A DNA stretch of 64,000 bases, from contig FLMG01004035.1 in the NCBI GenBank assembly GCA_900088475.1, forward strand, positions 11,660-75,659, in the 5' to 3' direction. Shown in pieces: positions 1 to 12,300 of the stretch. Within the stretch, counting starts at the first letter, position 1. Each line of letters opens with the position of its first letter. The notes below the pieces were generated by a model, which saw only the letters and a program-made list of their open reading frames with translations, was not told where the DNA came from and ran no database searches. The translations under genes were made by a program, and so were the position numbers. This DNA comes from Hyphochytrium catenoides. Its lineage: Eukaryota; Protista; Hyphochytriomycota.

Positions 1-76
1 AAAGAAAGCCGATAATCAGGCAGTAGCTCAGTTCCCGCGAATGTATCCCTTTCATCTTGAGGAGGCCCGAGCTTCG

Positions 77-455
77 TTAATATAATAATTCAACAGCTAT
101 CGAGCATTCTCCGCGGCACGGCAATAGAGAGATACTAAAAAGGACAAGTGACGGAGCTGCTGAAGCCTTTGTCGCGATGTTCTCGAGCGCTAACCTGCGT
201 CCTCTGGCTTCAGAAGTCGTCCAAGCGACAATCCCAATCCACAGACCGTCTACCTCTTGAGCCCAGGAAAGTGACAGGGCAGCAGGCGGCACGGTTGTCT
301 CTGTCACGGACTTGGCAATGAGAAGGCTGGCAGTGGCGCCACCATCAGAAGGAGAAAAGTGTAGGTAACACTGACGGTTTCTGGGCCCTCCTTTGATCCT
401 TGGCGCCTCCCATAGCTTATCTTCCTGGTCCATGACGACTGGCTCTAGATCTCTC
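77..455 (-). CDS. Hypothetical protein (probable terminal exon)
   Basis: 118-aa ORF (77..433) whose frame stays open upstream to a TACAG acceptor-like site near 456. No recognisable domain. Confidence 0.3.
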
Positions 456-954
456 TGTAACCAACAGAAAGCTTCAACGTAGCGTTAACGGCTATCCGAC
501 AGAAACATTGCACAAAGGAAACATACAACTCCCCGCGAAATACCCATAAGTGATACAGGGGAAACTTCTACTAGTAGAAGCTTTCCATAGTTTCAGCGGG
601 CCAAGACTTTTTCCCAAAATTTCCCAAGGTTGTCCGTTACACTTTTGTATCTAAAAAAAGATCTTTTCCTTTCATTGCCTGATGTTCGTATGGGTGAAGC
701 CTGTCTAACATTGGCTGAGCTTGGCACAGGCCAGGAACTATTCTCTCACTAGCGCGCAGTAGTGATTGGCTGCCATGGCGATGAAAGAGAGGTCAACACT
801 CCTTCAATTGCCACTCTACCAGCCGAAGATTCGAGACTACTTCCCCTGCCACTGGCCCCTTCATTGATAGGAGAGTGGGGTGACCAGTTCGAATCAGCGC
901 TATATTCCAACATAGTAGCGTGGCAGCGGGAAATGTACTCCCCCTAAACGGTGT

Positions 955-3900
955 CTAGATGTCTAGAAGACAACCATGCCGGTCTATAGAGGCGAGATAG
1001 CTGCGTAGCTCCATCTCAGAGACCTTCAACAGTAATTGAGGATAATGTTAGTGACGCGAAAAATCCAGCCGAGGAGAGATCCTACCCTGTTGCATCGTCG
1101 GAGCCCTAAATATTGAAGCAACGGGCACTGGTCCAGGAGCGCGTAGATCGCCCTTGTTGTGACCTTACCAAAGTACATTGTGAAGTCCCTAAGCTGTTGA
1201 CAGTGGCTTGATATGTAGATTAAGCCATCATCACAAATAAACTGCCCGTACAACGGAGTTAGAAGCGCACATCTAAAGCGTCTCCCTTTCTCTTTGCGGA
1301 CGCTGAGCAGATGACACTTTTAAGATAATGGATTTCTGGTGTCGCCTTCCTATGTTGACTTTGGTCTTGTCCCAACCAACCCCACCGCTTACAGTCCTTT
1401 CTCATTCACATCTTTTCCTTCTTCTTCTTTTGGTCTCGCTGTCCTTCTGCTCTCTCTCTCTCTCTCTGTTTCTCTCTGTTTCTCTCTCTCTCTCTACGTC
1501 CCTCTCGCTCTCTCTCCTTCCTCTGCGTACTGTCCTGCCAGCGCTTACCTCTTGACGGCTAAGATCCAAAACCTGAAGGCTGTTCAACTGGGCAACAAAC
1601 AACTCTATATGAGGATCGCTTATGGGCCGCTTTCTGTCGCGTTTCATTTTCAACCTCACTTTGGATAGTGTAGCAAAGTAACCTCTCTGATGACTTACCG
1701 ATGATTGGTCACAAAACCAAGCTTCAAGGAGACCAATGAAGAACTCCAACTGCTACTACCTTCCTCCGTCTGCTGTTCCTCTAGCTTCAGTCGCGCGAGT
1801 GTGAATGCTTCATCTTGAATGCGGCAGTGAGTGAGGTCAAGATCTTCGAGAAGCCGGCATTCTGAGGCAAGCACTTGCTACGAGAGCGAGCAAAAAGTTA
1901 GAAGAATCCTTGTGACGGAATGATGGTGAAAAGGGCACTTAGCTCAGAGAGAAGGGGTACGGAGACGACAGAGAAACTTTTGGTAGAGAAGAGAAAAGCC
2001 GGAGAAGAAGATGCTGCAGAAGGGACACTAACAAAATGGCTCCAGAAAATAAGCGCTGGCGTGCACCATTGCAAGTACCCTCGGATCAAGGCCGGGATGA
2101 ACCTATGATGTTTGTCGAAACCCACCAGAGCTTGCTTGAGCGGTTCCAAGGTTCGAAGAGTGAGCCGTCTAAGGTAGCGACAGCCCCGTGCAAGGCACTT
2201 TATGCTGTACTCTTGCAGGGTCACAAGGTGCAGTTAATTACTAGCATGCCAACATTTCTCGAACTCTGTAAGACCTCACCTGAAGTGAAGAAACTAGTGC
2301 AAGCCTGCAAAAAAAAGAGTTAGAACATGAGAAGATCCTGAAGACGATCCATACCAAACCAGAAGGAGGAGAAGAATATACCTCGTAGTAAAGAGACTTC
2401 AAGTCAGGACAGCTTTCTCCAATTGCGATCAAAGTGTCTTGAGATAGCTGAAGGCTAATTGGGAGGTGAAGAAGATAAATGTGGTCAGTACGTACATAAC
2501 ATATCATCCCCTTGCAATTCTTACCCTCGTAGATCTAGAGAAATCAATCTCGCACCTCGACTGCGCACCAAGGTGACCACGGAGTACTCATGAACCAGGA
2601 CACTGAGCAAGAAACAGACTCTAATCGGTAAGCAAGAACAATAACACAATAGCAGCATGTCAAGGTGAGTGGTCATGAACGATGCCGCCCAAGCGAAAGG
2701 AGTTGAAGCCCAATATGTACGTCCAAGAGATGCAGTGCTGGAAAGAACGAGAATCGCAAGAAGAGTCTTACCATTTCCTAAGATCTAAGGTGTGCAAGCT
2801 CTGGCAGTTCTCGGCGATGAAGAGCACCTCTGAGTCCGTGATCTTCATGCAGCCATCTAGGCATAAGACCTCTAGGGAAAGCCGGGACGTATTGACAATG
2901 GCTCTAAGAGCTTCTGGGCGCAAAAGGCGGCATTGGCTGAAGCTGAGATGCTTTATGCTATCGCAGTAGAGGGATATAGGTCCAGCTGCACTACGGATAC
3001 CAGCAGAATCATTGGATTGCATACGGACCGGCAGCTTATTAAGAAAGGAAAGCAACAGGAAAGTAAGGAAGAGAGGAGTGACAACGATTACCATAAGAGC
3101 GGCAGAGAGAGGATCAAGGAAACCAATATGAACGAGCGCGACGGATGAGTAAGAGGCAAACCAGAAGAGACAGGATGGCTTGCAACATCCAATGAAATTG
3201 TAAGGAAAGCAGAGAGAAAGCAGTAGCTTCAGAGCACACATGCTCTAGTTGAGTAGTGCAAGCTGGGCAAGTTACGCGGGCATCCCCTCTCTTGTTGCTT
3301 ACGCACCGGTTGACCATCCTCGTTAGCAGCGAAAGATCTATATCCTGCAGTTGTCGAAGGAACTCCGTGCAAAGTCCCTTCCATTGTTTAGAGATGGAAA
3401 GGAGGAGAAATATCTCCTCGATTCGCAGGAAGGGAAGGACAGAGAGCACGAAGACGGAGTGATGGAGAAGCTGTTTGATGGCAGACGTTGCGTCCAAAGA
3501 GTGAGGGGAGAAAGCTTCCTTCGTCGGGTCGGAGGATACTTCGCCCTTCTTTTGTCGACTGCCATGTTCCAGTTGCCTACGTTTTTTTGAATGCAGTGGC
3601 TGCTGACTAGCCTGGCTATCGGGCTTACTCCTCTTGCTTGTGACCCTCTTCTTACCATTCGCTGCATCTCTCCGGGCTGCATTGGGTCGCACAGCTACTG
3701 CTTGTTTTGCTTTGGACTTGCTCTGTGCTACCGGCTTGGTCTTGCTCTGCGGGAGTTTTCTCTGCATCTGACCATGTTTCCCTTCTTGGACCCTCTCTCC
3801 CTCTGGTGAGAAGACCGTAACCCGTGCCTTTGCTTTGCTCTTACTTCGAGGCCGTCCAGGTGGCATCCCATCCCGTGTTTTTGGCGTTGCTTTAGCTCTT

Positions 3901-4267
3901 GCTGAAGCCTTTGATTTGACCGCTGCACGTCTCTTGGCTGCTCCTTTCTGTGCTTTGGCCATTGAGGACACTCGGGTAGTGCCCTGCTCACTAGAGACGT
4001 TTGAGGCTACCTTTTTACGACTCTGTACCTTACTAGAGCTGCCGTGGGGTAGAGACTTTCCTTTTTGTTTGGCACGAGCTGTGAGGCGAACCTTCCCCGC
4101 TCGTTTCACATCTTTTGCTGCTGGTTGACTCTGACCAGCAGGAGGTTGCCATGATGCACGGCCAATGCTAGAAGCTTCCGTGTCCTTCAGTCCTTTGATC
4201 TCTCCTCTGTCAATAGTTGAACGTGCGGGCCGCGGCAGGTCCGTAAGTCTACGGAGACGTTGCTTTG
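955..4267 (-). CDS. F-box/leucine-rich-repeat (FBXL-like) protein with long Lys/Arg-rich N-terminus, multi-exon; 5' end runs into N-gap
   Basis: F-box-like VLSVLPFLRIEEIFLLLSISKQWKGLC in ORF 3114..4109. Cys-containing LRRs on successive exons: LEVLCLDGCMKITDSEVLFIAENCQSLHTLDL, TLIAIGESCPDLKSL, IKCLARGCRYLRRL, ICDDGLIYISSHCQQL, LLDQCPLLQYLGLRRC. Last exon VSEMELRSYLASIDRHGCLLDI* ends at 955. Frame is open from 4109 up to the gap at 4268. Confidence 0.85.
1450..1516. repeat. Imperfect (TC)n microsatellite in an intron of the F-box/LRR gene
   Basis: Directly visible TC dinucleotide tract downstream of a GTAAGC donor on the minus strand. Confidence 0.9.
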
Positions 4268-4323
4268 NNNNNNNNNNNNNNNNNNNNNNNNNNNNNNNNN
4301 NNNNNNNNNNNNNNNNNNNNNNN
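4268..4323. other. Assembly gap (N run)
   Basis: Run of n. Confidence 1.
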
Positions 4324-4939
4324 AAGGGACGATGGCTACACTATATGATCCGAGCTTCTAATGCGGTCAAGGGACGAGACAGCACATGAAACACTAGAGA
4401 TGACAGGACACGCTCAGAGCTAACTCAAACCGATGAGGCCTTGGTGCTAGACAATCAGTGGAACGTACATCCTCCCGCAATATCCTCAGTAGCAGCTGCT
4501 CTATACCGCATTCTTCTACCTCAAGAGCGTCATGACCACGTCCTTGGGCTCCAACAGTGAGGACTCAACCTCTTGACTGACCTTCATTGACCTTGACCAT
4601 CTGCGGACCTTGGCGCCCACCTCCCCTATCTGACCGTCCGTTTGCTGCTGACAGCGGATCCATCAAGGAACCGCATTTTAGCCTGTCAGAGGATACCAGT
4701 AACGGCCGCTTTAGCCGCTTTAGAGGAGGAAGTTTTCTGTTCAAGGTTTTGTTGTGGCTCCTCCACTTCTTGTTGATTATTGGGCGCCTTCTTTCTTCTT
4801 CTTGTTTGCTGTTGATGATCATGATGAGCGCGGATGAGGACGGCAACGGCGCGCCTGCTGGAGGCAGCTCATCTCTCTATTATGAGCGCCGTCTATCATC
4901 CACACCAGCTGAAGTCATGATAGATGGCTGACAATAATG

Positions 4940-6650
4940 GCAATAAGAAGAGTCCTTCTTCATACATAAGAAGAGAGTCCTTCATTCTCCCTTCTTCCCT
5001 CGCCTTTCCTGCTGCCACGTATCGGTAGCTTCTGATCGCTTTGCGCATCTACAAGGACATTTGGTCTTCTTCTTCAGCCGGCCAGGTCTTCTTTCCGTTT
5101 GCTGTACAATCAGTTGCATTCGTGCCTTGACATTGAGGAGGTAATCAAGACACATTGGAGCAAGATCTTACTCCGACCACTTCTCCAAACATAACGCCGG
5201 CATGCTTGTCCGGCCAAGCTCGCTTCTCCCTGTTGGAAGTCATTACCAGGATCTGACATTATGAGTTGTCGGGGTCACAGGCTGATGACTAGCAGCAGGA
5301 AGCAAAGAGGAGACGAGACCTCCTTCAGCAGGTACGATGGCGGTCAGCGTTGTTGGTCCCCGCCTCTTCTCATCAACTGTTCGGAAGCCTCGGTAACCTT
5401 GCCTCAGCCTGCTGTACCCTTCTACTAGAGATAGTGGCCGTGATGAGCCAACCATGAAAATCGAGTCAGTCACTCACCATGGAAGGAAGGATATAGGTAC
5501 ATCTTTATAATCCATACAACTACCTAACACCTGTGAAGAAGACCATACCGGTAAGGATGGGGAGGGAGAAGGAAACTACTAGGGAGTTGGCTGCAATCGT
5601 CATTTCTCTGACACCCACGAAGTCCGCCTACTACGCGATATGACAAGAGAGCTTAGAGAAGAATAGCCTCTGCATGATCAATAAAGCCGAGCAAAGCACA
5701 CAGGAGGCTCCCGATTCCCCCAACAGCCACACCAAGAACAGTCTGTTGGTCAAATACTGAAAAGGCATCTTCCAGCCAAGAACAGGTGTGTGAGGCTCCG
5801 GATCCTCAGTTGCCCCTCAAGGCACCTGTCTTTTCATTCATCGCCGCTGTTTCTTCTTTCTCCCGCTATGAATGCCCTGACGTCGTGTTCTACGGCATTT
5901 ATCTCTCTTTTTTGCGTAAGCTGGTGGTTGTCAACAAAGTAGTAGCGGTAAGAGTTCTGCCATAACCCGCAGATTGATTGACAAGTCTCCTGCTCCTCCA
6001 CATTCAAGTGGGTCGCTTTATAGTATCTTCTTCCTCCATCTTCTTGTCATCATGGGCAATGATACCAACTACTGAAGACATTTTTGGAGCTGGCTGGCAG
6101 CAGCCCTTCAAAATTACCTTAGAAATGCTGCCTGCTTTGAACAGAATGCGCGTGAAAACAACGAAGCAGCACCGTCTCAAGTGCTTTCCACACAGTTGCG
6201 ACTGCATGGCGACCCCCAATCATACTTCTCTTATCCTTCCTCCCATCATGCATGCCAACCCGACGAAGAGTCCGTCCGGCACTTATGGACATCCGTTTCA
6301 GAGCTCCAGACCTTCTGAAAATTTTGACACTTTTCCCTTCAGCGTGCATGATCAAGGAGGCGCGAACACTGATCTAATAACCTTCCTAGCCCGTGGCCTC
6401 ATCAACAACCATGAGCGTCAGCGACGTAACGACCCGGACGAAACTATGTGGCTTTCTATGGCTTTTATAATAAGCCAGAGCGGATCCTTCCGCCATCATC
6501 GTCATCGTCACCCACAAAGCCAGCGTTTACAAAGGCTGGAAGCTGTAAACTAAAGGAGGAGGAGGAAGGAGAAACGCGTTTGTCTGTCATCAATAATGGA
6601 TCCCTATCATCACGGTGGCAGGCAGCAAGGGCCTCCGCTAGTAATGGCAC
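4940..6650 (-). pseudogene. Possible decayed, frameshifted remnant of the C-terminal half of a SNF2-family (ERCC6L/PICH-like) helicase with HMG-box-like and TPR-like segments
   Basis: Collinear peptide fragments in shifting frames: MTMMAEGSALA (cf. motif V LTTxxGGxGLT), ADAH/VVDEA (cf. DAQAVDRA), CTLKGKV..FSEGL (cf. GTVEEKIY..QIFKEGL), VVGIIAHDD (cf. GIAGISDHD), REKRAWPDKHAGVMFGEVVG, AREEGRMKDSLLMYEEGL. Many stops and indels. Recognised by eye only. Confidence 0.3.
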
Positions 6651-6869
6651 ACGGCCTGTATTTGCCAGTCTATTACCTACGGTTAAGAAATAGCGAATAT
6701 AGTATGCAGATTCTGAAGTATTGAACAGCTAGAACATACAGGGGCAACTCCGTACAAGGAGAGCTCTCGTCCAAGCGTTTCTTATATAATATTAGACCTA
6801 AATTATCTTGACCCTTAACGCGAATACCTTAGGTTTAGCCATCCTAAATACTTTGACAAGGAATTTTGG

Positions 6870-6920
6870 CCAATGGGAGAGCAGCAACGACCGATATTAG
6901 CCAATCATGGAGAAGGGCGG
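6870..6920 (+). promoter_or_regulatory. Tandem CCAAT boxes (31 bp apart) followed by a GGGCGG box
   Basis: GGCCAATGGG at 6868, AGCCAATCA at 6899 and GGGCGG at 6915, just downstream of an AT-rich stretch (6781-6860). Confidence 0.35.
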
Positions 6921-7651
6921 TTTTGGAACAATCTCTCAACGACACTTACACACCTCTAGGCGGCTTAGGATGAGGTCACGCTTGAAAGAGTAACACCACC
7001 TGTGTTAGCGATAGAGGATAATCCTTGAGTGATAGACAGAGGGATATGTTTGATCTTTCTGGTTGTGGGCTCTGGGTGAGGGCACTTCCGCTCGACCCTT
7101 TTGTGAGACCAAAAAACAATGTAAGGGCGGCACTTCTTTGGATCTGGGATATGGGCTAGTAAGGACAATAAGCAGACCGGCGGCATATTCTCAGGTTAGG
7201 ATGGTTTGCCAGATGAACATTGGGCGAAAAGACCCAGAAGACCAAAAATCCTGAAAATGAGGTTGTCGAGAAAGATCAGAAGACAGAGTCTGTAAAGAGG
7301 TTTTAGACCCAGGCACAACAACTAGGAATGAGCGTTTCCTGGACAGAGACAGAGTAAAGAAGAGATACCACTAGAGATAAGCTCCCGTGTCGTTCTCAGA
7401 CCCATCTGAGACAGAAAGACCAAGGGGCAGGCAGGTCTGGTGCAAATCCTGCACAGTAATATACAGACATACAGATATCCATACATAATATCAAGGGCAG
7501 CGCCCACAATCAGCAACCGTCAAACGCGTTCTTTTTACCAGCGCATCACTGGCCTCTTCCCTTCCCTTTTGTACCAAGAACCAAGAGCCACGGAGAGTCA
7601 ACATCAACATCTACCACCCTACTCTCTGATCTCTTCTTCTCCTCACGCAGT

Positions 7652-7652
<1 letters not shown>

Positions 7653-7697
<45 letters not shown>

Positions 7698-7726
7698 TCT
7701 CTCTTTCTCTCTCTCTCTCTCTCTCT
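7653..7726. repeat. (TC)n microsatellite in pyrimidine-rich region upstream of PLAC8 gene
   Basis: About 21 perfect CT units followed by an imperfect continuation. Confidence 0.95.
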
Positions 7727-8388
7727 GTCTTGCTCCCTTGCTCTCTTGCTCTTTCTCTCTCTCATGTCTTCCTTTCTCAGACTTTCGTAGCTTTCTCCCT
7801 CTTTCTCTCATTTGCGGCGCTCTTTATACTCTGCTTATCTCTTTCTCTCTTTCTTGACTACTCTCCCTCTCCCTCTCCTTCTGCCTCAGTTCCTCTGCAT
7901 AGCACACCGTCATCCTCTGCGCTCCAGACCCTCCCCTACCCTGTCGTTGTCCTCTCTTCCGTGTGAAGAGTCAGCGTCGAGGATGGACTGATGGATCTTC
8001 CTCTTGCTCCTCCTTCATTCACTGGGCATATTCGAGTCCTCACGTTCTCTTGGAACGGTGGTTTCTCTCTTCCTGGTTGGTCTCTTACACAGCCAGGCCC
8101 TTTCTCTCCGTCTTGGTCCTCCTTGGAAGAGTAGTCATGGAGAAAGGCGCCTATCTCCCCGTGCTTCCTGCACAGAATACCTTCACCTGACGATCCGAAG
8201 CTCTTGCTTACATCACTTGACGTCTTGACGTTGCCATCCTCCTCACAAAACATTCTTCAATTCACCGATAACAGAACACATCGACTCAAACCTGCCAGAT
8301 CCTATTGACGGCTTCCACCCGCAAGCTCTTTCCACTTTCAATCTCTGTCATAACCTCTTCAGAAAGAAGAGAATCAGTCTAGAGCATC

Positions 8389-9192
8389 ATGGTCGCCGCA
8401 GCCTGCTTCCAGTGCGGAACTCCGTTCACCAACCCGGCAGAGAACTTCTGCCCCAAGTGCGGCACGCAGAAAGCCGGTGTCCCTACAGCTCCAGTTGTAG
8501 GTGCAGCTCCTCAGACGACCTTCGTCGTTCACGTGACGAATGGCCCCGTCCAGCAGGCAGGCACTGACGCTTATGGCTACTTCAACCCGCAGAGCAGCTC
8601 CTGGAGATCTGGCATCTGCGACTGCTTCCAGTTCCCAGTGCCAAACTGCTTAATGACCTACTTCCTGCCCTGCATTACCTTCTCCCAGATCAACGCCAGA
8701 CTAGGCCTAAGGACCTACCAGCAGTCGTTGTTGATCTCTTTTGGTGCGTGGGTCGGCCTGATCATCGGCGCAGGCATGTGGGGAGCTAGAAGCTGCGACT
8801 ACGAAGTACGGACAAGCATCGTAAGTGGAGGTACAGTTTATAGATCATACGGCAACTGTGACTATAATGTCGTCAACTTTATTGGTCTCGCTCTCTACTG
8901 GTTGGGCCTCATAGCGGTTCTTGTTGTCCTGACTCTACAAAGAGGAGCAGTGCGCACGGTTCTGGGGCTTCCAGGAAGCTCTTTTGAAGATTGCCTCTAT
9001 TCTTGGTGCTGCGGATGCTGCTCGCTCAGTCAGCTGGCTACCCAGGCTGGATCTTTCAAGCCAGGCTCATGTGAGTTCAACTCTCCGCCTGCATCAGGCA
9101 GCGTCGTTGGTGCCTCCCAGCCAGCATACACCGCAGCTGCTAGCCCAACCCCAGTAGCTCCTAGTGCTCCAACTGTGAGCAGCCAAGTTTAG
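8389..9192 (+). CDS. PLAC8-family (Cys-rich) membrane protein with N-terminal zinc ribbon; intronless
   Basis: 267-aa ORF. N-terminal CFQC..CPKCG. PLAC8 hallmarks WRSGICDCF, CLMTYFLPCITFSQI, RGAVR..LPGSSFEDCLYSWCCGCCSLSQLA. Two hydrophobic helices. Confidence 0.92.
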   Translation: MVAAACFQCGTPFTNPAENFCPKCGTQKAGVPTAPVVGAAPQTTFVVHVTNGPVQQAGTDAYGYFNPQSSSWRSGICDCFQFPVPNCLMTYFLPCITFSQINARLGLRTYQQSLLISFGAWVGLIIGAGMWGARSCDYEVRTSIVSGGTVYRSYGNCDYNVVNFIGLALYWLGLIAVLVVLTLQRGAVRTVLGLPGSSFEDCLYSWCCGCCSLSQLATQAGSFKPGSCEFNSPPASGSVVGASQPAYTAAASPTPVAPSAPTVSSQV

Positions 9193-9319
9193 GTCTTCCT
9201 TCCCATTCACAGACCGACGAAGCTGCGGTCTCCTTTTTCACCCTTTTTTTATGAAAGTCTGCAGAGCCAGTGATAGTCATTGATGATGGAGCGTAGCTCT
9301 GCTTGTGTCTATTAATGCA

Positions 9320-12300
9320 TTTTACCGTCACTGCTTCTTGTGCCTCTTTAGCGCCAGCCTTAACATCCCACGACAGTTCATACAATGATAGAGGGCGGAG
9401 CACCTTGCTGCGACCTGTGACGTTTTAAGTCCACGGTGGTTGACAAGAAGCCATGTTGGCCCAAATACTTCGGCGTTCTAGCCTTAGAGGCCGCCCAGGC
9501 AACAATAAGGATGTAACGACAAAGCACTGGAGAACGTAAATTATCACTGGAGGGAGGGTAGTGCTTCCTCGCGTATAGGCTTGACCTTGGCTCTTAGGCT
9601 TGCCTTCTTCAGCTCCAAAGACCGATTGTGCTTGCTTGTGGAGGAAGTATCATTGTCTTACTGGAACTTCGTTATTCTTGTGCTGCCTTTTCAGTGCATG
9701 ACGAGTCTGTACAGGGGCCCTAGGTACGGTCAGAAGGGCAATTTGGGCTGGGCGAGGTCATTACTTTCTCTCTGCACCTGCCCGTTCATAAAAACACCTC
9801 TACAGCTGTCTTTCTGTATAGAAAAGCCCATAATTCCACCCTCTGTCCTCTGACAGCAGGAGCACTGTTCTGTTAGGAGAGTCCAAATGCAAGCCAAACT
9901 GTACGATAAGTCTCATCACCTCCATGGCCCCTTCCCTTCAGCAACAGTGAAGACTGCATTTTTCTGATTAATAGTTAGAGGAAGAGGCGGCAGTGGGGTG
10001 GTGGTCCTCACTGCATTAGATGAGTAGTGAAGCTACAGGCAATGTACAGAAACAGAGACGCTAATCAGAGGACGCTCGGTCCGTAGCAGCAGCAGCAGGG
10101 GGGGAGGTTGCTTCTCCCGAGCTGTTGATGCTGGAGACAGGAAGGACAGTTCCCTCGTCGTTCCCTCTACTAGGAGAACGCGTAGGAGAGGAGGAAGACC
10201 ACAGTATCTGTTGCATACGGCGCCGGCCACCACTAGATACGGGCGAGCCCTGCGGTGAACCTTGACTCTCGGCGGAAGGCAGGTCAACCATCCGCTCATC
10301 CTCTTCTGCTTCCGGTCTGACTTCCGTCGCTGCAGGCTCTTGGGTGGATTGCATACTTGGGGCGCTAGGCGTACTGGAAAAGTCATCTGTGCTCCTTCTC
10401 GGCTGTGCAGAGTTCTCCTTCCTTTCGAGAGACTCCCGTCCTGATTCCTCCATATCTGCTGCCTCTGAGCCCGGAACGGCGATGTCTTCTCCCCGCTCTT
10501 GCATCACCTCTTCATAACCTGGAAAGTTCAACCTCAACTTAGGGCACAGTCATAAAGTACTAGCAATAATAGACAAACAACAGTAGCATCGATCCCTTGG
10601 ACGAGAGAGACAGAGACAGAGTATCTTAGACTCCTATGCTCAGCGCAAACGGTGGCGACCATGGACTCAGAGCACTCACTGGCACTATTTCTGGGACTGC
10701 TACTGCTGCCGGCTCGATGCCTTCGAGGACTTGTGGCTGGAGAAAAACGACTCTCACTCGCATTAGGGCTCGTGCTGCGTGCTTCCTGCCTTTGAGAACT
10801 TCCACTGGGAGATGAAGGGCCGCGACTAGGACTTTTGCTCGTAGGAGAGCTTCCACTCCAGGGCCGTTCTCCTTCCTTGCCTACCTCTTCTCCCTCTCTT
10901 TCTTTATGCTCCTCCTGCGAAGGGCTACCTGTCCTCTCTCTATGTCGAAGGGGGCTACTACTGTTTGCGCTCGACTTACTGGAGGAGAAAGCCACGCTGA
11001 GTTGTTCTCGCTTCTCTTCTGTTGCAATGTGCGGTGAAGGTGATGCTGCACAGGAACACAGCGTGAGGTTTCACTTTCCGAAACGAAGGGCTCATCTCTT
11101 ACCTGGAAGTCTCGGCGGGCTTGTACTGCCAGAGCGCGACCGTCGAGGACTATCGCGTTTAGGACTATTCTCAGGTCTCTGTGGGGAGGTCATGTTGGCC
11201 AAGTCTTCCCTTGCCTCCCCATCCTTTTCTCCTTCAAATCTTCCTCCTCCATCAGATGCATTTTCTGGTGTTGTCACCATGGGCGGGACACTACGATGCT
11301 CCTCACTGTTGCTCGTGCTCTGGGGGGACCCTGTAAGGCTTTCCTTCTGCTCTTCTTCTTGGTGCTTTGCCTCTTCTTGCTCCTGTGGCTGCTCATCAGG
11401 CGACCCAGGAGGGGACATGTACTCCATAATAGCTCTCACAGAAAGTCTCTGCTGGGAGGAGGTACTATCCCTATGGGCAGCTTCAATCTCCTCCAGCCGC
11501 TTCCCCTCGCTCTCGACAGCAGAAGGCCCTTCATTACTAACTTGATTTACCGGGACTGTGGTTTCTTCCTTCTCCTCTCCTTCCTCCTCATCTTGCTCCA
11601 ATTCCATAGTATCAAGTTGCTCTCCTGGTCCAAATGGCCACTCCTCTTCGTCATCCTCTTCTTGAGCTCTCTCCTTGCTGCTATCTACCTGTGTCTCGGC
11701 TATGCTAGAAAGAGGAGGGACCAACTCAGAGTTCTTCGTCTCCTCCCGGTTGCCAGTAGGCAACCTCGCCTCCTCTAAGTGTTGAGCCTTCTGAACGCCT
11801 TGCAGTCCAGTAGCGCTCTCTGCTTTCGGGCTTGCGGCTTCTGCATCCTATGGGACAGGTTGTTAACGAGCGATATGGAAAGTCATTGTTTCCTTAACCT
11901 AAGCCCTCATAGTCCCGTCTACATTTCCTTCCCCGATCATCATTCGTGCTACGCCTCTTCTCTGCTTTGAAGCCTAGCCATCTTTCTATGCTGACCTTGT
12001 ACTCCCCAAGATTCCGCGACCCTGACTCTTCATCTTCGTCATCGGAATCATCCGTGTCATCGTCATCCTCATCGTCCTCTCCGTCATCTGAGAGGAGAAA
12101 CAACAGAGGATTGAGGGTTACGAGTTCATTGCGAAGAAGGACTGTGCCAGAGACAGGTAGGGAGATAGACAAACAGATCACGTTTAGTAAGTAAGCTTCA
12201 AATAGTGCAATGGAACGCTTTTGGTCATGCCGCGAAGTTTGGTGTAGAGTACGTTCTGATTTGAAGATCTTTGCGGCACTGCGGACAAGAAGAAAGAGGA

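Noticed and set aside
7001-7612. Possible solo LTR (TGTTAG...TCAACA)
   Set aside because: No flush target-site duplication, no primer-binding site or polypurine tract, and no second copy in the window.
9870-9965. Minus-strand frame CSLHCC*REGAMEVMRLIVQFGLHLDSPNR looks like an ankyrin repeat with an in-frame TGA (recoding or selenocysteine)
   Set aside because: Most of it coincides with a plausible GT...CTAACAG intron, and the frame has further stops. The conserved genes examined (HINT3, bL35, channel, transporter) show no internal stops, so there is no support for a variant code.
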